In this document: positions 22,757 through 24,000 of the stretch, piece by piece | How positions within the stretch are numbered: position 1 is the first letter of the stretch | Layout: every line of letters begins with the position of its first letter | Source: Janthinobacterium sp. ROICE36 | GTDB lineage: Bacteria > Pseudomonadota > Gammaproteobacteria > Burkholderiales > Burkholderiaceae_D | Length of the DNA stretch: 24,000 nt | Direction of reading: 5' to 3' | Assembly (NCBI RefSeq): GCF_002869965.1 | Contig: NZ_PEBS01000035.1 | Coordinates: forward strand, 29,608-53,607 | Translations under genes and position numbers: made by a program | Notes under the pieces: generated by a model | What the model was told of the DNA's origin: nothing | The model's input: only the letters and a program-made list of their open reading frames with translations | The model's database searches: none

Positions 22757-24000
22757 TCAAGCCTCCACGGCAAGGATGGGGATCACGCTGCTGCGGCGTT
22801 CAATGGCCTTGGCGGGCCGGATCTGGCCCCGCTCTTCCACGAACACCACGTTTTCATCGTGCTTCTCGCTGTTGACGAAGTGGCGGAAACGCTGGCGCAC
22901 GGCGGGGTTGGAGATGGCTTCCTGCCACTCGCAGGCATAGGTATCGACCACGTGCTGCATGTCCGCTTCCAGCTCGTGGGCGATGCCCAGGCTGTCGTCG
23001 ATGATGACGCGCTTGAGGTAATCGAGACCCCCTTCCAGATTGTCGCGCCACACGCTGGTGCGCTGCAGGCGGTCGGCCGTGCGCACGTAAAACATCAGGA
23101 AGCGGTCGACATAGCGCACCAGGGTGGCTTCATCAAGGCCAGCCGCGATCAGTTCCGCGTGGCGCGGCTTCATGCCGCCATTGCCGCACACGTACAGATT
23201 CCAGCCTGTTTCCGTGGCGATCAGGCCGATATCCTTGCCCTGCGCCTCGGCGCACTCGCGCGTGCAGCCGGACACGCCGAACTTGATCTTGTGCGGCGTG
23301 CGCAAGCCCTTGTAGCGGTTTTCCAGCTGGATCGCAAAGCCCACGCTGTCGGCCACGCCATAGCGGCACCAGGTGGAGCCCACGCACGATTTGACCGTGC
23401 GCAAGGATTTGCCGTAGGCGTGGCCCGACTCGAAGCCTGCCGCGATCAGCTCTTCCCAGATGGCGGGCAACTGGTCCACGCGCGCGCCGAACAGGTCGAC
23501 CCGCTGTCCGCCCGTGACCTTGGTGTACAGGCCATATTTTTTCGCCACCGTGCCCACGGCGATCAAGCCGTCAGCCGTCACTTCGCCGCCCGGCATGCGC
23601 GGCACGACGGAATACGTGCCATCCTTCTGGATATTGCCCAGGAAATAATCGTTACTGTCCTGCAGGCTGGCATGCACGGGCGAGAGGACGAAATCGTTCC
23701 AGCACGAAGCGAGGATATTCGCCGCCACGGGCTTGCACACGTCGCAACCGAGGCCCTGGCCATGCGCGGACAGCAGCGCGCCGAAGCTGCGGATCTTGCC
23801 TACGCGCACCAGGTGGTGCAATTCCTGGCGCGAGTACGCAAAATGCTCGCACACGTGGTTATTGACGGCCAAGCCCTGCTTCTGCATTTCCGCCTTCATG
23901 ATCAGCGTTGCCAAAGGCACGCAGCCGCCGCAGGCCGTGCCGGCTTTTGTGCAGCTTTTTAATGCGCCGATAGTCGTCGCGCCAGCGGCCACGGCGGCGC
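22757..24000 (-). CDS. nirB: Nitrite reductase [NAD(P)H] large subunit, C-terminal about 414 codons (gene continues beyond the right edge)
   Basis: The ORF 22757..23992 frame stays open to the window edge. BFD-like 2Fe-2S TKAGTACGGCVPL. Siroheme/4Fe-4S cysteines SCVGSTWCRYG and VSGCTRECAEAQ. NYVCGNGG-type motif LYVCGNGGMKPRH. Confidence 0.95.
   Translation of the reverse strand, partial: AAVAAGATTIGALKSCTKAGTACGGCVPLATLIMKAEMQKQGLAVNNHVCEHFAYSRQELHHLVRVGKIRSFGALLSAHGQGLGCDVCKPVAANILASCWNDFVLSPVHASLQDSNDYFLGNIQKDGTYSVVPRMPGGEVTADGLIAVGTVAKKYGLYTKVTGGQRVDLFGARVDQLPAIWEELIAAGFESGHAYGKSLRTVKSCVGSTWCRYGVADSVGFAIQLENRYKGLRTPHKIKFGVSGCTRECAEAQGKDIGLIATETGWNLYVCGNGGMKPRHAELIAAGLDEATLVRYVDRFLMFYVRTADRLQRTSVWRDNLEGGLDYLKRVIIDDSLGIAHELEADMQHVVDTYACEWQEAISNPAVRQRFRHFVNSEKHDENVVFVEERGQIRPAKAIERRSSVIPILAVEA

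Noticed and set aside
22373-23962. 529-aa plus-strand ORF
   Set aside because: It is antisense to nirB/nirD with the same compositional artefact. The nirB and nirD frames carry unmistakable cofactor motifs.
1-24000. A novel defence, toxin, mobile or otherwise undescribed multi-gene system somewhere in the window
   Set aside because: Every interval longer than about 250 nt is accounted for by a recognisable metabolic or regulatory gene or a relic of one. There is no CRISPR-like repeat-spacer periodicity. No nuclease, helicase, ATPase-of-unknown-function, reverse transcriptase, transposase, integrase or phage genes are present. There are no tRNA/rRNA genes or att-like flanking repeats. Claiming a new system would not be supported.

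Overview
High-GC proteobacterial chromosomal window. The taxon cannot be fixed without a database search. Recognisable metabolic and regulatory genes tile almost the whole window.

Left to right:
- The 5' part of dadA lies on the minus strand. It is absent from the supplied ORF track because it runs off the left edge. It is divergent from an Lrp orthologue.
- A small exported protein follows.
- Next is a SUKH/SMI1-like ORF. It has no in-frame stop until it has run about 570 nt antisense into a GlxA-type (DJ-1/PfpI + AraC) regulator.
- An isochorismatase-family hydrolase and a DUF218/YdcF protein follow.
- A 9.2-kb minus-strand glycerol operon comes next: glpD, two ABC ATPases, two permeases, a DUF2160 membrane protein, a 575-aa binding protein and glpK. 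A DeoR-type glpR is divergent from it, and TGTTCG operator-like repeats sit in the shared control region.
- The stretch 14.6-17.9 kb holds two intact genes, a MarR regulator and a PLP-dependent Ser/Thr-dehydratase-family enzyme. They sit among three eroded gene relics: an MDR oxidoreductase 3' relic, a LysR 3' relic, and a multiply deleted, frameshifted Cache-HAMP-PAS-GGDEF sensor. There is also a spacer of about 34% GC.
- The right third is a minus-strand assimilatory nitrate/nitrite operon: nirB (partial), nirD, an FAD/NAD reductase subunit, and nasA with a C-terminal BFD-type 2Fe-2S module. A stand-alone cysC follows it.

I found no CRISPR array, tRNA/rRNA, transposase/integrase, phage gene, toxin-antitoxin pair or recognisable defence gene. 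I do not think the window contains a previously undescribed multi-gene system.

The points most worth a second look are:
1. The complementary motif degeneracy of the two ABC ATPases, which predicts one consensus and one degenerate ATP site.
2. The uncharacterised DUF2160 sixth component and the oversized binding protein of the glycerol transporter.
3. The cluster of deletion-eroded relics, including a visible 7-bp tandem duplication that causes a frameshift.
4. The AT-rich spacer with a perfect 14-bp palindrome.

All family assignments come from motif recognition by eye, not from searches.
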